Source: the human T2T-CHM13v2.0 reference genome, Homo sapiens. Taken from it: a DNA stretch of 64,000 nucleotides. Of this stretch, positions 34,591-49,112 are shown one piece after another. Position 1 is the first letter of the stretch; every line of letters starts with the position of its first letter. The stretch lies in NCBI RefSeq assembly GCF_009914755.1, contig NC_060935.1; one strand, 5' to 3'. The notes beneath the pieces are model-generated. The model was not told the DNA's origin, did not search any database, and saw only the letters and a program-made list of their open reading frames with translations. Made by a program: the position numbers and the translations under genes.

Positions 34591-37500
34591 TCTGAAAAAG
34601 AACATATTGGGAGTTTTTTTGAGACTGAGTTGGATCTATTAATCATCTTGCACTGAATTAACATCTTAACAAGAGTGGGTTTTCTAATTCTTGAATACAA
34701 TATATCTATTAGGTGTTTTAAATATTTATTTTTGAAAACTTTTGTAGTTATTAGTGTAGGGATCTTACATCATCTGTTCCTATTTATGTGTTCAGATGCT
34801 TTCACAGGTTTTTAATTAATAAAAATTTCATCAGTGATTGCTGTTAGTATATATAAATGCAATTGAATTTTTTGTCATTTGAGTCTTATAAACGTGCTAA
34901 ATTTGCCACTTCTTTCTAGCCATCTCTGTAGAGTCTTTAGAATTTTCTGAGATACTATTGTATTATCTATAAACAAGAATAGTTCATTACTTAGAGGGAT
35001 AGAGGAGTGTTTAGGTTTTCAATTTGTTTTGGGGTCATTTTCTGAAAGTTGCATTTTCCCTACATTTTACTGTTTTATCTGTGCTGCCAAATTAATTAAA
35101 ATAATGTTTTTCATAACAACTCTTTTCTATCCCTTTAAAGTCTAAAGGATCTATTTGAAGATGATTTTGTAAAAATGTCTGATATTGGTAATTTGAATTT
35201 CCATTTCTTTTCTGTTTCTTGATCATTCTTGCTAGAAGTTTATCAAGTTTATTATAAAAGTACCAACTTTCCACTATTTTGATTTTCTCTATTTTATGTT
35301 TCCCATTTTATTGATTTTTGATCCTTATAGTTATTATGTCCTTTCTTTTACTTGCCTTGGCTCTAATGTACTCTTCTTAAAGTGAAAATTCAGATTGATG
35401 CTTTTAAACATTTATTTTTAATGTAACACTTATAGCTATAAATTTCCCTCTCAGTAATATTTTAGTTACATCTCGCAAATTTTGGTATGTTTTTTAGTGT
35501 TGAGTTCTAAATATAAGTTACTCTAAAACATAGGCTCAAAACACTATGTACTTATTATGTCTCAATTTCTGTAGGCCATGGAAGTAAGGATGGCTTAGCA
35601 GATGCCAGTGCTTCAGGGTCTTTTACAAATCTGTAATCATCATCTGGCTGGGGCTACAGTTTCATATGAAGGCTTGACTGAGGAAGGATCCACTTCCAAG
35701 CTGGCTGTTGGCAGGACTCAGTTTCTCAATAGAAACAAAAAAATCTTTTGAAAGTGTCATTCTACTTAACATCCCACAGCACTTGAAATTGTTTTATATA
35801 TTTTACTGCTGCATGTTGTTAACTTCTGAATATATTGTTATTCATTCTCTTTGAACAATTTTTATAAAACAACTAAGAAAGAAAGAGAATCTCTGTTTAA
35901 TCGTTATGTATTATATCTACTTTCTGAATTCTTTTCTATAAATTATGATTTTTATGTAATATATTGTGTTTTTCAGCCTGAGGAACTTTTTTTTGCACTT
36001 TTTATAATACAGGTCTGCTGGCTATGACCTTTCTCATTCCTCAAGTACTGAGCTCATTACTGAATTGCATATGACAGGTTGAGACCATGTTTAGCTCTCC
36101 TCTAACACAAAATAGGTAAAAGATTGAAAGAGTGAGAGGAAATTCCAGCAATTTGCTAGTGCAAGGGGTGTTGGAAAAGAGTTTGAAGTTCAATTTCTGC
36201 CCTAGTAGAGTGATATAGTAAATTTTCAGCTTTTTGTTGAAACTTAAGAAGGTCTATGGACCTCTCAGCATTAATGTCAACATCCCAGAATTAGGGATTA
36301 TGCAGTAGCACTTTTCAATGTCCGTTATCAATTGGGCTACTCCTTTTCTTTCTTTATCTTTCATCATCTTCACCTTTTTATAGCTCTAATTTGTTCTTAT
36401 GTAATTGTATCAACAGAAGCATTTACTGCCTCGTATCTTTCCTACAAATAATACAATTCTCAGACAGAGCATTAAATAACTTCAGAGTAATTCTCCCATT
36501 AAAGTGAGAAGGGGTTCATTGTCTTTTCCTAGCGTTAGCTGACTTCATGTCACATATGAGAGAAACTGGAGTTTTATTCTCTGGAGACAAGATAATGTCA
36601 TGGGTAAAGATTAATAGTGTCCATTCTAGGTGTTATCACCCATCTGTGTGCTCCTTTCCCATGTGACATGATTTTTCCTTTTAACTAATTTATCTTTAAC
36701 CAATTCCTTTTAACTAACTTATCTTTAACCAATTCATCTTTTGAATAAGCCATTATTATGTGGTTTGTAATGTAAGCTGTATAATATAAAATCCCAAATC
36801 CCAGTGTTAATCCTAGTGTGGCAGAATTAGGCTTCTGCAGGGGTCTCCAGTGTGCTTAACTTCACATAGTGGACACTTCTGAAAACAACTGGGCATTAAG
36901 GTTATTGGGTTCTAATGGCATTGTGTGAGTAACTTCCCATTATAAATATCCTAGAGTCATTGTCATTTCTTTTGTGTTACTAGGATGTGAAACAGATGGT
37001 ATATTTGCTAAGGTTTCTAAAATGTCTCAGTTGGTCATGGACCATGTTGTTCCAAGGAACTTGCCTGATTACTCCAAACTCTGTATTTTGGCTAGACTGA
37101 TCAATTACACTAGACTAGTGATATTTACTGTTACTCCCATACTCCTCCAAGCTTCTTCTGAGGAATCAACTATTATGATGTTATCAATGAATTAATCAAA
37201 TCAAAATGAATTTATTTATTTTTATTGTATTCCTGTATAAATTTTATTTCACCAAATTATGTCAGTGTACTAAGTATATATCCTTGGGGAAAAATAATAA
37301 ATATATTTTGACTTTTTTCTACATAAAACTGGACTATTCTTGATATTCCTTTGATTGTAAAAGTTCATCTGGAAGCATAAAGATATGGACATTGCAATTA
37401 AATATGGAAAGAATGATGAGCTATTCTGGATAAGACAGATTATAAGGTTATAACAATTAAAACAATGTGGTTCTGTTTCAAATATATACATTTGTAAAAA

Positions 37501-39689
37501 ATAATAGGACTTATACATTACTTCAGTTTCCTATATATATTTAAATTGGGGATGTTTCAGTTATGATGTTTTTGTTACAAATGACAGAAAAATCAATCTA
37601 TTTTGAAATGGAAGAAAATTTATTTGTTGGCTAACCTAAGTGTAAAATTCAATGTTATGTCCAGCTTCATGGTAAGTGTGTAAAATTGATTAATTGTTTA
37701 ATGAAGAAGCCCTTTTCTTTGTTGATTGTATCCTGTGTGTCCCATGTTGGATTTAATCTCGCTCTCTTATCACAAGAAGGGTTGCTATCTGTAGCCACTG
37801 AGAGAAGGCTCTTTTCACCACTGTGGCAGAGGTAATTGGCCTGATTATGATGTGGAATGGAGGTGTTATAACACAATAGTGGCAGGGAGTGATATTTTTG
37901 TCTTCCAGGTGACTGACATGGGCACATCTTGTCATGCCCTGTCAAATTGTGATAATAAGTGAGAAAGTACAAGAATCCTGTTCTGAATGAGTACAGTGAT
38001 CAGGGATGAGACATTTTGGGGATGAAGGTCTAAGCTACATGTTTAAGTAAGTCATGAGATCAGTAGCGGTGCTAGTAGAAGGTGAAGTGGGAGAAATAGA
38101 ATAGACAATGAAGGAATAAGATGCTAAATAGCAGTTGCAACTCTATGATCAGCCAAGGTGGCATGAGACGTAGTTTCTCCTTTAAACTTTCTCTTCTAAT
38201 TTCCCCCCAAAAACAGAATCCTAAAGAGACTATTCTCATGTGTATATGAAGAAATGGATTCCAGTGACATAAGAGGTAGACTCTGTTAGATATAAGTATG
38301 TACTTCCTTGCCCTCTCTTTAGGAAAGAAGGATGCATTTTTCCAGTTGCTGGGCATGCTGTTAGTAGACAACCTTCAGATATTAGCCCTTTCAATATCTG
38401 TAGAAGTTGCAGAAAGCCACCTCCCCAAAGGCCTCATGTCCTTTTCCAGAGAAGTCCCTTTTTGCATTTAGATATGTATTCAAGTGTCACTTGAGTGCAA
38501 GTGGGAAATATAACCTTGTTGTAGAAAGAAATATTTCATTTGATTAACTATTTGCAGAGTCTAAATAATACGCTCTGGCAAGAATTGGAGGAATGTGTGG
38601 AAATGGACCTTGTGGATATTGGAACAAAAATGGCAAAATAGTTGACTGTATTGGGGAATGTTTATTAGCATTGGGATAATTTATCAGAATATATGTAACA
38701 TGGACATATGATGACTATAACTTACTGAGCACATACTGTGTGTCAAACATATGGAAATGAGCATTTCACATTCTCAGGTTAGGATTGTCCAGCTGGCACC
38801 ATGACCCACCCTTAGGGAGGACATTCCAATGTCGCAATTGTTCAGCTTCTATGTGATGTGAAATGTGGTTATACCAGTAAATTCTATTGTGGTGAGTGAT
38901 ATATTTTACTTTATTTACTAGAGATGTTTGGTATGGATAGAGAATAAATGAGATACCATGGCACTGGATAACGGATTCTACTCTGTGAGTAATAAATAAG
39001 GCAACTGCTAGAAGAAATATATAACCAGAATATATGATGACAAAATGCTATCTTCTCTAGACTTAGGGGTTGCAATGAAGTAAGCTGTCACAGGGTTGTT
39101 GGCTGGCTTCCCAGCTATTTGTACCATGTTAATGAGTCAATGATGGACATTGCTGATGGCATTTAAGACGTTGAGGCTTTGTACAGTTTTCATCTCTGCA
39201 AAAGTGACTACAAAGGTAACTGGGAAAAAGGCTGACTGACATCCAAAGTGTAGTTCATGTTTATGAGATTCCTGAAAGCATCCTCTGCAGTAGTTTCTTT
39301 TTGTTAGGTATTTATGTCGGAAACTAACATTGTAGTATTTGGTGTTCATTTTGAGAGATTCATCCACATATGGTTCTTCCAACTACTTTGTCATCATTTT
39401 TCCATTTTTAAATTTCCAATTTCCTCATTAGCTCATCCAATCTGTGAGACAATATCCATTTTCAGCCTAGATCCATAAGTATGGTGATTATTCCTTCCAC
39501 ATACAGCAGAAAACAAGACTGACTGCTCAAAATAGTACCCTCTAGGAGGCCTTTCCTTCACTCCAGAGCTTCCAGACCACCTTCCAGGGACAGTGCAGCA
39601 TTTGCAGAGTTTTGTCTGTTTTTGCCATTCCATACAGATTGTTTACTCCTTTTGTTGTTGTCATCTTTAAAACATAGTTTGTTTTTTAT

Positions 39690-40351
39690 TTTCTCTAACT
39701 TTATTGAAGTGTATTTGACAAAAATTTATAATATATATTTAAGACGTACAATGTGATGTTTTGGTAAATATATACCTTGTGAAATGATTACCACAATCAA
39801 CATGCTCATGACCTCACATAGTTATCTTTTTTGTGTGCTGAGAATATTTAAGTTGTATTTTCTCAGCAAACTTCAAGTATACGATATGGTATTACCAAGT
39901 ATAGTCTCTATGCTGTAACTTAGCTTTCCATAACTTATTCATTCTGCATAACTGAAACTTTGTACTCTTTGACCAACATCTCCTCATTTCTCCCTCCCCA
40001 CAGTCCCTGGCCATCACCATTGTACTCTCTGCTCTATGAGTTTGACATTTTGTTTTAGATTCCACATTTAATTGAGATAATGTGGTCTTTACCTTCAGTG
40101 TGGAGAAAAGGGCACCCTTTTACATGATTGGTGAGAATGAAAATAGATACAGCCATTATAGAAGAAACTACGAAGGATAAAACTACCATATGATCCAGCA
40201 ATCCCATTACTCGGTATGTATCAAAAGAAAATGAAATTAGAATCTTGAAGATTTACCTGTTCCCATAGGTACTGCAGCATTATTCATAATCATTAAGATA
40301 TGGAAACAACTTAGATGTCCATTGACAGATGAACGAATAAAGACAATGTGA

Positions 40352-40395
<44 letters not shown>

Positions 40396-40823
40396 ATCTA
40401 TCTATCTATATCATCTATTATCTATCTATCTATCATCTATCATCTATCTATCTATCTACATACCTAATCTACACATGCACACATATACTCACAAAATATG
40501 TGGTATTATTAGCTACAGACATTATGGTGTACCTTAGATCACCAGTATTTCTTCATCCATCATAAATTAAAATTTGTACCCTTTGCCCTTTGTATTTGTA
40601 TATGCAATGCAATAATATTTCATAATAAAATGTTTAACCCTTCAAAAGAACATCCTGCTATTTTTGACAATATGAATGAACCTGGAAGACTTAATAACCT
40701 CTTTGTTTTGTTTTGTTTTTAATTGAAGAACAGTAATTGTATGTATTTGTGGAGTACAATGTGATGTTTTTATATCATATGTGACAACATGGATTTAACT
40801 AGAGGACATTATGCTAAGTGAAA
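39690..40823. mobile_element. Older L1MA-type 3' pieces in alternating orientation (minus 39690-40095, plus from 40097)
   Basis: Antisense 3' UTR (gtacaatgtgatgttttg...tagattccacat), then sense ORF2 tail (gtggagaaaaggg...accatatgatccagcaatccca...gaggacattatgctaagtgaaa). Confidence 0.7.
40352..40458. repeat. Compound (TATC)n tetranucleotide STR
   Basis: About 11 uninterrupted TATC units followed by interrupted blocks. Confidence 0.95.
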
Positions 40824-40859
40824 CGATTTCTTGAATAGATATTTAGTGCACTGATTTTT

Positions 40860-41630
40860 GGTCTTTACTATTTTCTAGCAAATGCAAGTAATATTTTAGC
40901 TGAGCCTTACAAGCTTTGATATGTTGTATTTTTGTTATTATTAGGCTCAAAGTATTTTCTAACTTCTGTGATTTATTTTCACCAATGGATTATTTAGAAG
41001 TGATTTGTTTAATGTTGAGCCATAGAAAATTTCTGGCTAATTTTAGTTTTTCATTTTTTAGCTGATTTTCTTGTTGTTCGGTGACATATTTTATTATGAT
41101 GATTACTTGAAATTCATTGAGGGTTGCTTTGAGAACCAGCATATAATTGATTTTAGAAAATGTTTCATGTGCTCTTGAAAAGAATGTGCATTTTGCCACT
41201 GCTGTATGTGATCGTTTCATATGTCAATGGGTCAGACATATTAATGGTTTTATTTAAATCCTAAATATATTTATAAATTTTTGTATGTGTATATTCTAGC
41301 ACGTAGAGTTGTGCTAAAATTTTCCTGTGTTATTGCTGATTTGCCTATTTCTCCTTGTAGGTCAGTCTATTTAAAAAAAATAACTTATAAAGTTGTTCTT
41401 TCGGGTACAAATGAATTTATCATTTTATCTTCATGTTACTAATCTTTTGCCATTATAAAAATTTATTTCTGGCAATATTACTTGCCTTGAAGTCTAGTTT
41501 TCTCTGACATTAGCATATAAATAGTGTTCTTTTGGTTAGAATTTATGCAGTTTATTAAATTATTTTATTTTTACATTTATCCTGTTATTTAATATGTTTC
41601 TCTTATTAGGCTCTTACCATTGTGTTCTGT
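40860..41630 (-). mobile_element. Old L1M ORF2 (endonuclease region) fragments
   Basis: ORF 40990-41220 (-) contains CTFFSRAHETFSKINYML, homologous to L1 [20 protein letters not shown]. Confidence 0.7.
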
Positions 41631-42906
41631 TTCTTTTTTTATTATTATACTTTAAGTTTTAGGGTACATGTGCACAACGTGCAGGTTTGTAACATATGTA
41701 TACATGTGCCGTGTTGGTGTGCTGCACCCATTAACTCGTCATTTAGCATTAGGTATATCTCCTAATGCTATCCCTCCCCCCTCCCCCCACCCCACAACAG
41801 TCCCTGATGTGTGATGTTCCCCTTCCTGTGTCCATGTGCTCTCATTGTTCAATTCCCACCTATGAGTGAGAACATGTGGTGTTTGGTTTCTTGTCCTTGT
41901 GATAGTTTGCTGAGAATGATGGTTTCCAGATTCATCCATGTCCCTACAAAGGACATAAACTCATCCTTTTTTATGGTTGCATAGTATTCCATGGTGTATA
42001 TGTGCCACATGTTCTTAATCCAGTCTCATTATTGGACATTTGGGTTGGTTCCAAGTCTTTGCTATTGTGAATAGTGCCACAATAAACATATGTGTGCATG
42101 TGTCTTTATAGCAGCATGATTTATAATCCTTTGGGTATATACCCAGTAATGGGATGGCTGGGTCAAATGGTATTTCTAGTTCTAGAACCCCGAGGAATCG
42201 CCACACTGACTTCCACAATAGCTGAACTAGTTTACAGTCCCACCAAAAGTGTAAAAGTGTTCCTATTTCTCCACTTCCTCTTCAGCACTTGTGGCCAGTG
42301 ATGATGAGCATTTTTTCATGTGTTTCTTGGCTGCATAAATGTCTTCTTTTGAGAAGTGTCTGTTCATATCCTTCATCCACTTTTTGATGGGGTTGTTTGA
42401 TTTTTTCTTGTAAATTTGTTTGAGTTCATTGTAGATTCTGGATATTAGCCCTTTGTCAGATGAGCAGGTTGCAAAAATGATCTCCCATTCTGTAGGTTGC
42501 CTGTTCACTCTGATGGTTGTTTCTTTTGCTGTGCAGAAGCTCTTTAGTTTAATTAGATCCCATTTGTCAATTTTGGCTTTTGTTGCCATTGCTTTTGGTG
42601 TTTTAGACATGAAGTCCTTGCCCATGCCTATGTCCTGAATGGTATTGCCTAGGTTTTCTTCTAGGGTTTTTTTGGTTTTAGGTCTAATGTGTAAGTCTTT
42701 AATCCATCTTGAATTAATTTTTGTATACGGTGGAAGGAGGGAATCCAGTTTGAGCTTTCTACTTATGGCTAGCCAGTTTTCCCAGCACCATTTATTAAAT
42801 AGGGAATCCTTTCCCCATCGCTTGTTTTTCTCAGGTTTGTCAAAGATCAGATAGTCATGGATAAGCAGCAGTATTTCTGAGGCCTCTGTTCTGTTCCATT
42901 GGTCTA

Positions 42907-43629
<723 letters not shown>

Positions 43630-45727
43630 TTACCAAGGGAATGCTTCCAATTTATGTCCATTCAGTATGATATTGGCTGTGCATTTGTCAATGATGGCTC
43701 TTATTATTTTGAGTTACATCCCACCAATACCTAATTCATGGAGAGTTTTTAGCATGAAGGTTGTTGAATTTTCTCAAAGGCCTTTTCTGCATCTATAGAG
43801 ATAATCATGTGGTTTTTGTCATTGGTTCTGTTTACATGCTGGATTACGTTTATTGATTTGCATATGTTGAACCAGCCTTGCACCCCAGGGATGAAGCCCA
43901 CTTGATCATGGTGGATAAACTTTTTGATGTGCTGCTGGATTCAGTTTGCAGTATTTTATTGAGGATTTTTGTATCAATGTTCATCAAGGATATTGGTCTA
44001 AAATTCTCTTTTTTTTGTTGTGTCTCTGCCAGGCTTTGGTATCAGGATGATGCTGGCCTCATAAAATGAGTTAGGGAGGATTCCCTCTTTTTCTATTGAT
44101 TGGAATAATTTCAGAAGGAATGGTACCACCTCCTCTTTGCACCTCTGGTAGAATTCGTCTGTGAATCCATCTGGTCCTGGACTTTTTTTGGTTGGTAAGC
44201 TACTAATTATTGCCTCAATTTTGGAGTCTGTTTTTAGTCCATTCAGAGATTCAACTTCTTCCTGATTTAGTCTTGAGAGGGTGCACGTGTCAAGGAATTT
44301 ATCCGTTTCTTCTATATTTTCTAGTTTATTTGCGCAGAGGTGTTTATAGTATTCTCTAATGGTAGTTTGTATTTCTGTGGGATCAGTGGTGATATCCCCT
44401 TTGTCTTTTTTTATTGCGTCTATTTGATTCTTCTCTTTTTCTTCTTTATTAGTCGTGCTAGCGGTCTTTCAATTCTGTTGATCTTTTCAAAAAACCACCT
44501 CCTGGATTCATTGATTTTTTGAAGCGTTTTTTGTGTCTCTATTTCCTTCAGTTCTGCTCTGATCTTAGTTATTTCTTGCCTTCTGCTAGCTTTTGAATGT
44601 GTTTGCTCTTGTTTCTGTAGTTCTTTTAATTCTGATGTTAGGGTGTCAATTTTAAATCTTTGCTGCTTTCTCTTGTGGGCATTTAGTGCTATAAATTTCC
44701 CTCTACCTACTGCTTTGAATGTGTCCTAGAGATTCTGGTACGTTGTGTTCCTTTTCTCACTGGTTTCAAAGAACATCTTTATTTCTGCCTTCATTTCGTT
44801 ATGTACCCAGTAGTCATTCAGAAGCAGAGTGTTCAGTTTTCATGTAGTTGAGCAGGTTTGAGTGAGTTTCTTAATCTTGAGTTCTAGTTTGATTGCACTG
44901 TGGTCTTAGAGACACTTTTTATAATTTCTGTTCTTTTACATTTGCTGAGGCATGCTTTACTTCCAACTATGTGGTCAACTTTGGAATAGGTGTTGTGCTG
45001 AGAAGAATGTGTGTTCTGTTGATTTTGGGTGGAGAGTTCTGTAGATGTGTATTAGGTCTGCTTGGTGCAGATCTGAGTTCAATTGCTGGATATCCTTTTT
45101 AATTTTCTGTCTCATTGATCTGTTTAATGTTGACAGTGGGGTGTTAAAGTCTCCTATTATTATTGTGTGGGAGTCTAAGTCTCTTTGTAGGTCACTAAGG
45201 ACTTGTTTTATACATGTGGGTGCTCCTGTATTGGGTGCATATATATTTAGGATGGTTAGCTCTTTTGTTGAATTGATCCCTTTACCATTATGTAATGACC
45301 TTCTTTGTCTCTTTTGATCTTTGTTGGTTTAAAGTCTGTTTAATCTGAGACTAGTATTGGAATTTCAACCTGTGTCTTTTTTTATTTTCCATTTGCTTGG
45401 TAGATCTTCCTCCATCCCTTTATTTTGAGCCTGTGTGTGTCTCTGCACATGAGATGGGTTTCCTGAATACAACACACTGATGGGTCTTGACTCTTTATCC
45501 AATTTGCCATTCTGTTCCTTTAATTGGAGCATTTAGCCCATTTACATTTAATGTTAGTATTGTTATGTGTGAATTTGATCCTGTCATAATGATGTTAGCT
45601 GGTTATTTTGCTCATTAGTTGATGCAGTTTCTTCCTAGCCTTGACGGTCTTTACAATTTGGCATGTTTTTGCAGTGGCTGGTACCGGTTGTTGCTTTCCA
45701 TGTTTAGTGCTGCCTTCAGGTGCTCTC

Positions 45728-46666
45728 TTAGGACAGGACTGGTGTGACAAAATCTCTCAGGATTTGCCTGTCTGTAAAGGATTTTATTTCTCCTTTACTT
45801 ATGAAACTTAGTTTGGCTGGATATGAAATTCTTGGTTGAAAATTCTTTTCTTTAAGAATGTTGAATATTGGCCCCCACTCTCTTCTGGCTTGTAGAGTTT
45901 CTGCCGAGAGATCCGCTCTTTGTGTGATGGGCTTCCCTTTGTGGGTAACCCGACCTTTCTCTCTGGCTGCCCTTGACATTTTTTCCTTCATTTCAAGTTT
46001 GGTGAATCTGACAATTATGTGTCTTGGAGTTGCTCTTGTTGAGGAGTATCTTTGTGGCATTCTCTGTAAATCCTGAATGTGAATGTTGACCTGCCTTGCT
46101 AGATTGGGGAAGTTCTCCTGGATAATATCCTGCAGAGTGTTTTCCAACTTGGTTTCATTCTCCCCATCACTTTCCAGTACACCAATCAGATGTAGATTTG
46201 GTCTTTTCACATAGTTCCATATTTCTTGGAGGCTTTTTTCATATCTTTTTATTCTTTTTGTTCTAAACTTCTCTTCACGCTTCATTGCATTCATTTCGTC
46301 TTCCATCGCTGACACCCTTTCTTCCAGTTGATCGAATCGGCTACTGAGGTTTGTGCATTCATCACGTAGTTCTTGTGCCTTGATTTTCAGCTCCATCAGG
46401 TCCTTTAAGGACTTCTCTGCGTTGGTCATTCTAGGTATCCATTCGTCTAATTTTTTTTCAAAATTTTTAACTTCTTTGCCATTGGTTCGAACTTCCTCCT
46501 TTAGCTTGGAGTAGTTTGATCCTCTGAAGCCTTCTTCTCTCAACTCATCAAAGTCATTCTCCATCCAGCTTTGTTCCATTGCTGGTGAGGAGCTGCGGTC
46601 CTTTGGAGGAGGAGAGGTGCTCTGATTTTTAGAATTTCCAGTTTTTCTGCTCTGTTTTTCCGCCAT
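45728..46666 (-). pseudogene. L1 ORF1p, nearly intact (312 aa, C-terminal frameshift)
   Basis: MAEKQSRKTGNSKNQ...KRPNLHLIGV...ARREWGPIF...YPAKLSF. Diverges after DFVT. Confidence 0.8.
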
Positions 46667-47241
46667 CTTTGTGGTTTTATCTACCTTTGGTCTTTGATGA
46701 TAGTGACGTACAGATGGGTTTTTGGTGTGGTTGTCCTTTCTGTTTGTTAGTTTTCTTTCTAACAGTCAGGATCCTCAGCTTCAGGTCTCTTGGAGTTTGC
46801 TGGAGGTCCACTCCAGACGCTGTTTGCCTGGGTATCAGCAGCAGAGGCTGCAGAACAGTGGATATTGGTGAACTGCAAATGCTGTGGCCTGATCATTCCT
46901 CTGCAAGTTTTGTCTCATAGGAGTACCCGACCGTGTGAGGTGTCAGTCTGTCCCAACTGGGGGCTGCCTCCCAGCTAGGCTACTCGGGGGTCAGGGACCC
47001 ACTTGAGGAGGCAGTCTGCCCATTCTCAGATCTCAAGCTGTGTGCTGGGAGAACCACTACTCTCTTCAAAGCTGTCAGACAGGGACAGTTAAGTCTGCAG
47101 AGGTTATTGCTGTCTTTTCTTTGTCTGTGCCCTGCCCCCTGAAGTGGAGCCTACAGAGGCAAGCAGGCATCCTTGAGCTTTGGTGGGCTCCACTCAGTTC
47201 GAGCTTCCTGGCTGCTTTGTTTACCTACTCAAGCCTTGGCA

Positions 47242-47613
47242 ATGGCAGGCGCCCCTCCCCCCGCCTCGCTGCAGCCTTGTGGTTTGATCTCAGACTGCTG
47301 TGCTATCAATGATTTAGGTTCCGTGGGTGTAGGACCCTCTGAGACAGGTGCGGGATATAATCTCCTGGTGTGCCGTTTGTTAAACCCATTGGAAAAGCAC
47401 GGTATTAGGGTGGGAGTGACCCAATTTTCCAGGTGCCGTCTCTCACCCCTTTCTTTGACTAGGAAAGGGAATTCTCTGACCCATTGCACTTCCCAGGTGA
47501 GGCAATGCCTCGCCCTGCTTTGGCTCATGCAGGGTGCACTGCACCCACTATCCTGCACCCACTGCCCAGCACTCCCCAGTGAGATGAACCCGGTACCTCA
47601 GTTGGAAATGTAG
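47242..47613 (+). other. L1 ORF0-like antisense ORF (123 aa)
   Basis: MAGAPPPASLQPCGLISDCC...SVGVGPSE...IRVGVTQFSRC in the L1 5' UTR, opposite strand to ORF1. Confidence 0.6.
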
Positions 47614-49112
47614 AAATCACCCATCTTCTGCATCTCTCATGCTGGGAGCTGTAGGCTGGAGCTCTTCCTATTTGGCAATCTTGGCTCCACCACAGGCTCC
47701 ACAGTTTTTGTGACTTAAAACAGTCACCAATTTATTTTATTTTCAAATTTTGTGGGCTAGAAATTCAGGCACTGGTTCGCTGGGTATTTCTTCTGTTTCA
47801 TGTGGCATGGACTGAAGTCAGTGTTATCCAGCTGATAGCGGGGTCATCTGTAGGATCCAGGAAAGCTTACTTCACATTTATAGCATCTTTGAGGTGATGA
47901 CTGGAAGAGATTCACTGAGTTCTTCCTCCTATGCATTTTGATGGAGGACCACAAGGTCTCTTCAAAAGATAGTCAGGCTTTTTACATGGCACTAAGAGAT
48001 CCCCATGGTAGAAAGTAGAAGATGTCAGGTCAATTAAGGGCTATGTCCAGAACAGGTCAATTAACGGCTATGTCCAGAATCTCTCTTGCACCATCTTCTA
48101 TAGTTCAGAGTGGTCATATGACCATCCCAGATTTGAAATGTTACAGAAACAGATGATAATCCTTGATGGGGAAGTGGCAAAGTCACTTTGCAGAGCAGTG
48201 TGCAGAAAATTATCTGCATCTGAAAAAGAACATATTGGGAGTTTTATTCAGATTGAGCTGGATACATAAATCATCTTGGACTGAATTAACATCTTAACAA
48301 TAGTGGATTTTCTAATTCTTGAATACCATATATTTGTTATATGTTTTAAATATTTATGTTTGAAAAGTTTTGTAGTTATTAGTGTAGGGATCTTGCTCAT
48401 CTGTTCCTAAGTATTTATGTGTTCAGATGCATTCACAGGTTTGTAATTAAAAAAATTCCAATTTTTATTGCTGTTAGTATATATAAGTGCAATTGAATAT
48501 TTTAATTAGTCATTTGAGCCTTATAAATGTGCTAAATTTGTCACTTATTTCTCACCATCTCTGTAGATTCTTTAGAGTGTTCTGAGACACTATCATATTA
48601 TCTATAAGCAAGAAAAGTTCATTACTTGGAGGGATAGAGTAACGTTTAGCTTTTCAATTTGTTTTGGGGTCATTTTCAGAAGGTTGGATTTTCCCTACAT
48701 TTCACCATTTTATCTAAGCTGTCAAAGTAATTGAAATAATCTGTTTGATAACAATCCTTTTCTATCCTTTAAAGTCTAAAGGATCTATTTGAAGATGATT
48801 TTTTAAAAAATCTGATATTGATAATATGAATTTCTATTTCTTTTCTCTTTCTTGATCATTCTTTCTAGAAGTTTGTCAATTTTATTATAAAAGTACCCAC
48901 TTTTCACTATTTTGATTTTCTCTATTTTATGTTTCCCATTTTATTGATTTTTGGTCTTATAATTATCATGTCCTTTCTTTTGCTTACCTTGGCTTTAATT
49001 TACTCTTCTTAAAGTGAAAGTTCTGATTGGTGCTTTTAAATATTTTTTTTTAATATAACACTTATAGCTATAAATTTCCCTCTCAGTACTATTTTAATTA
49101 TATCTGCCAAAT

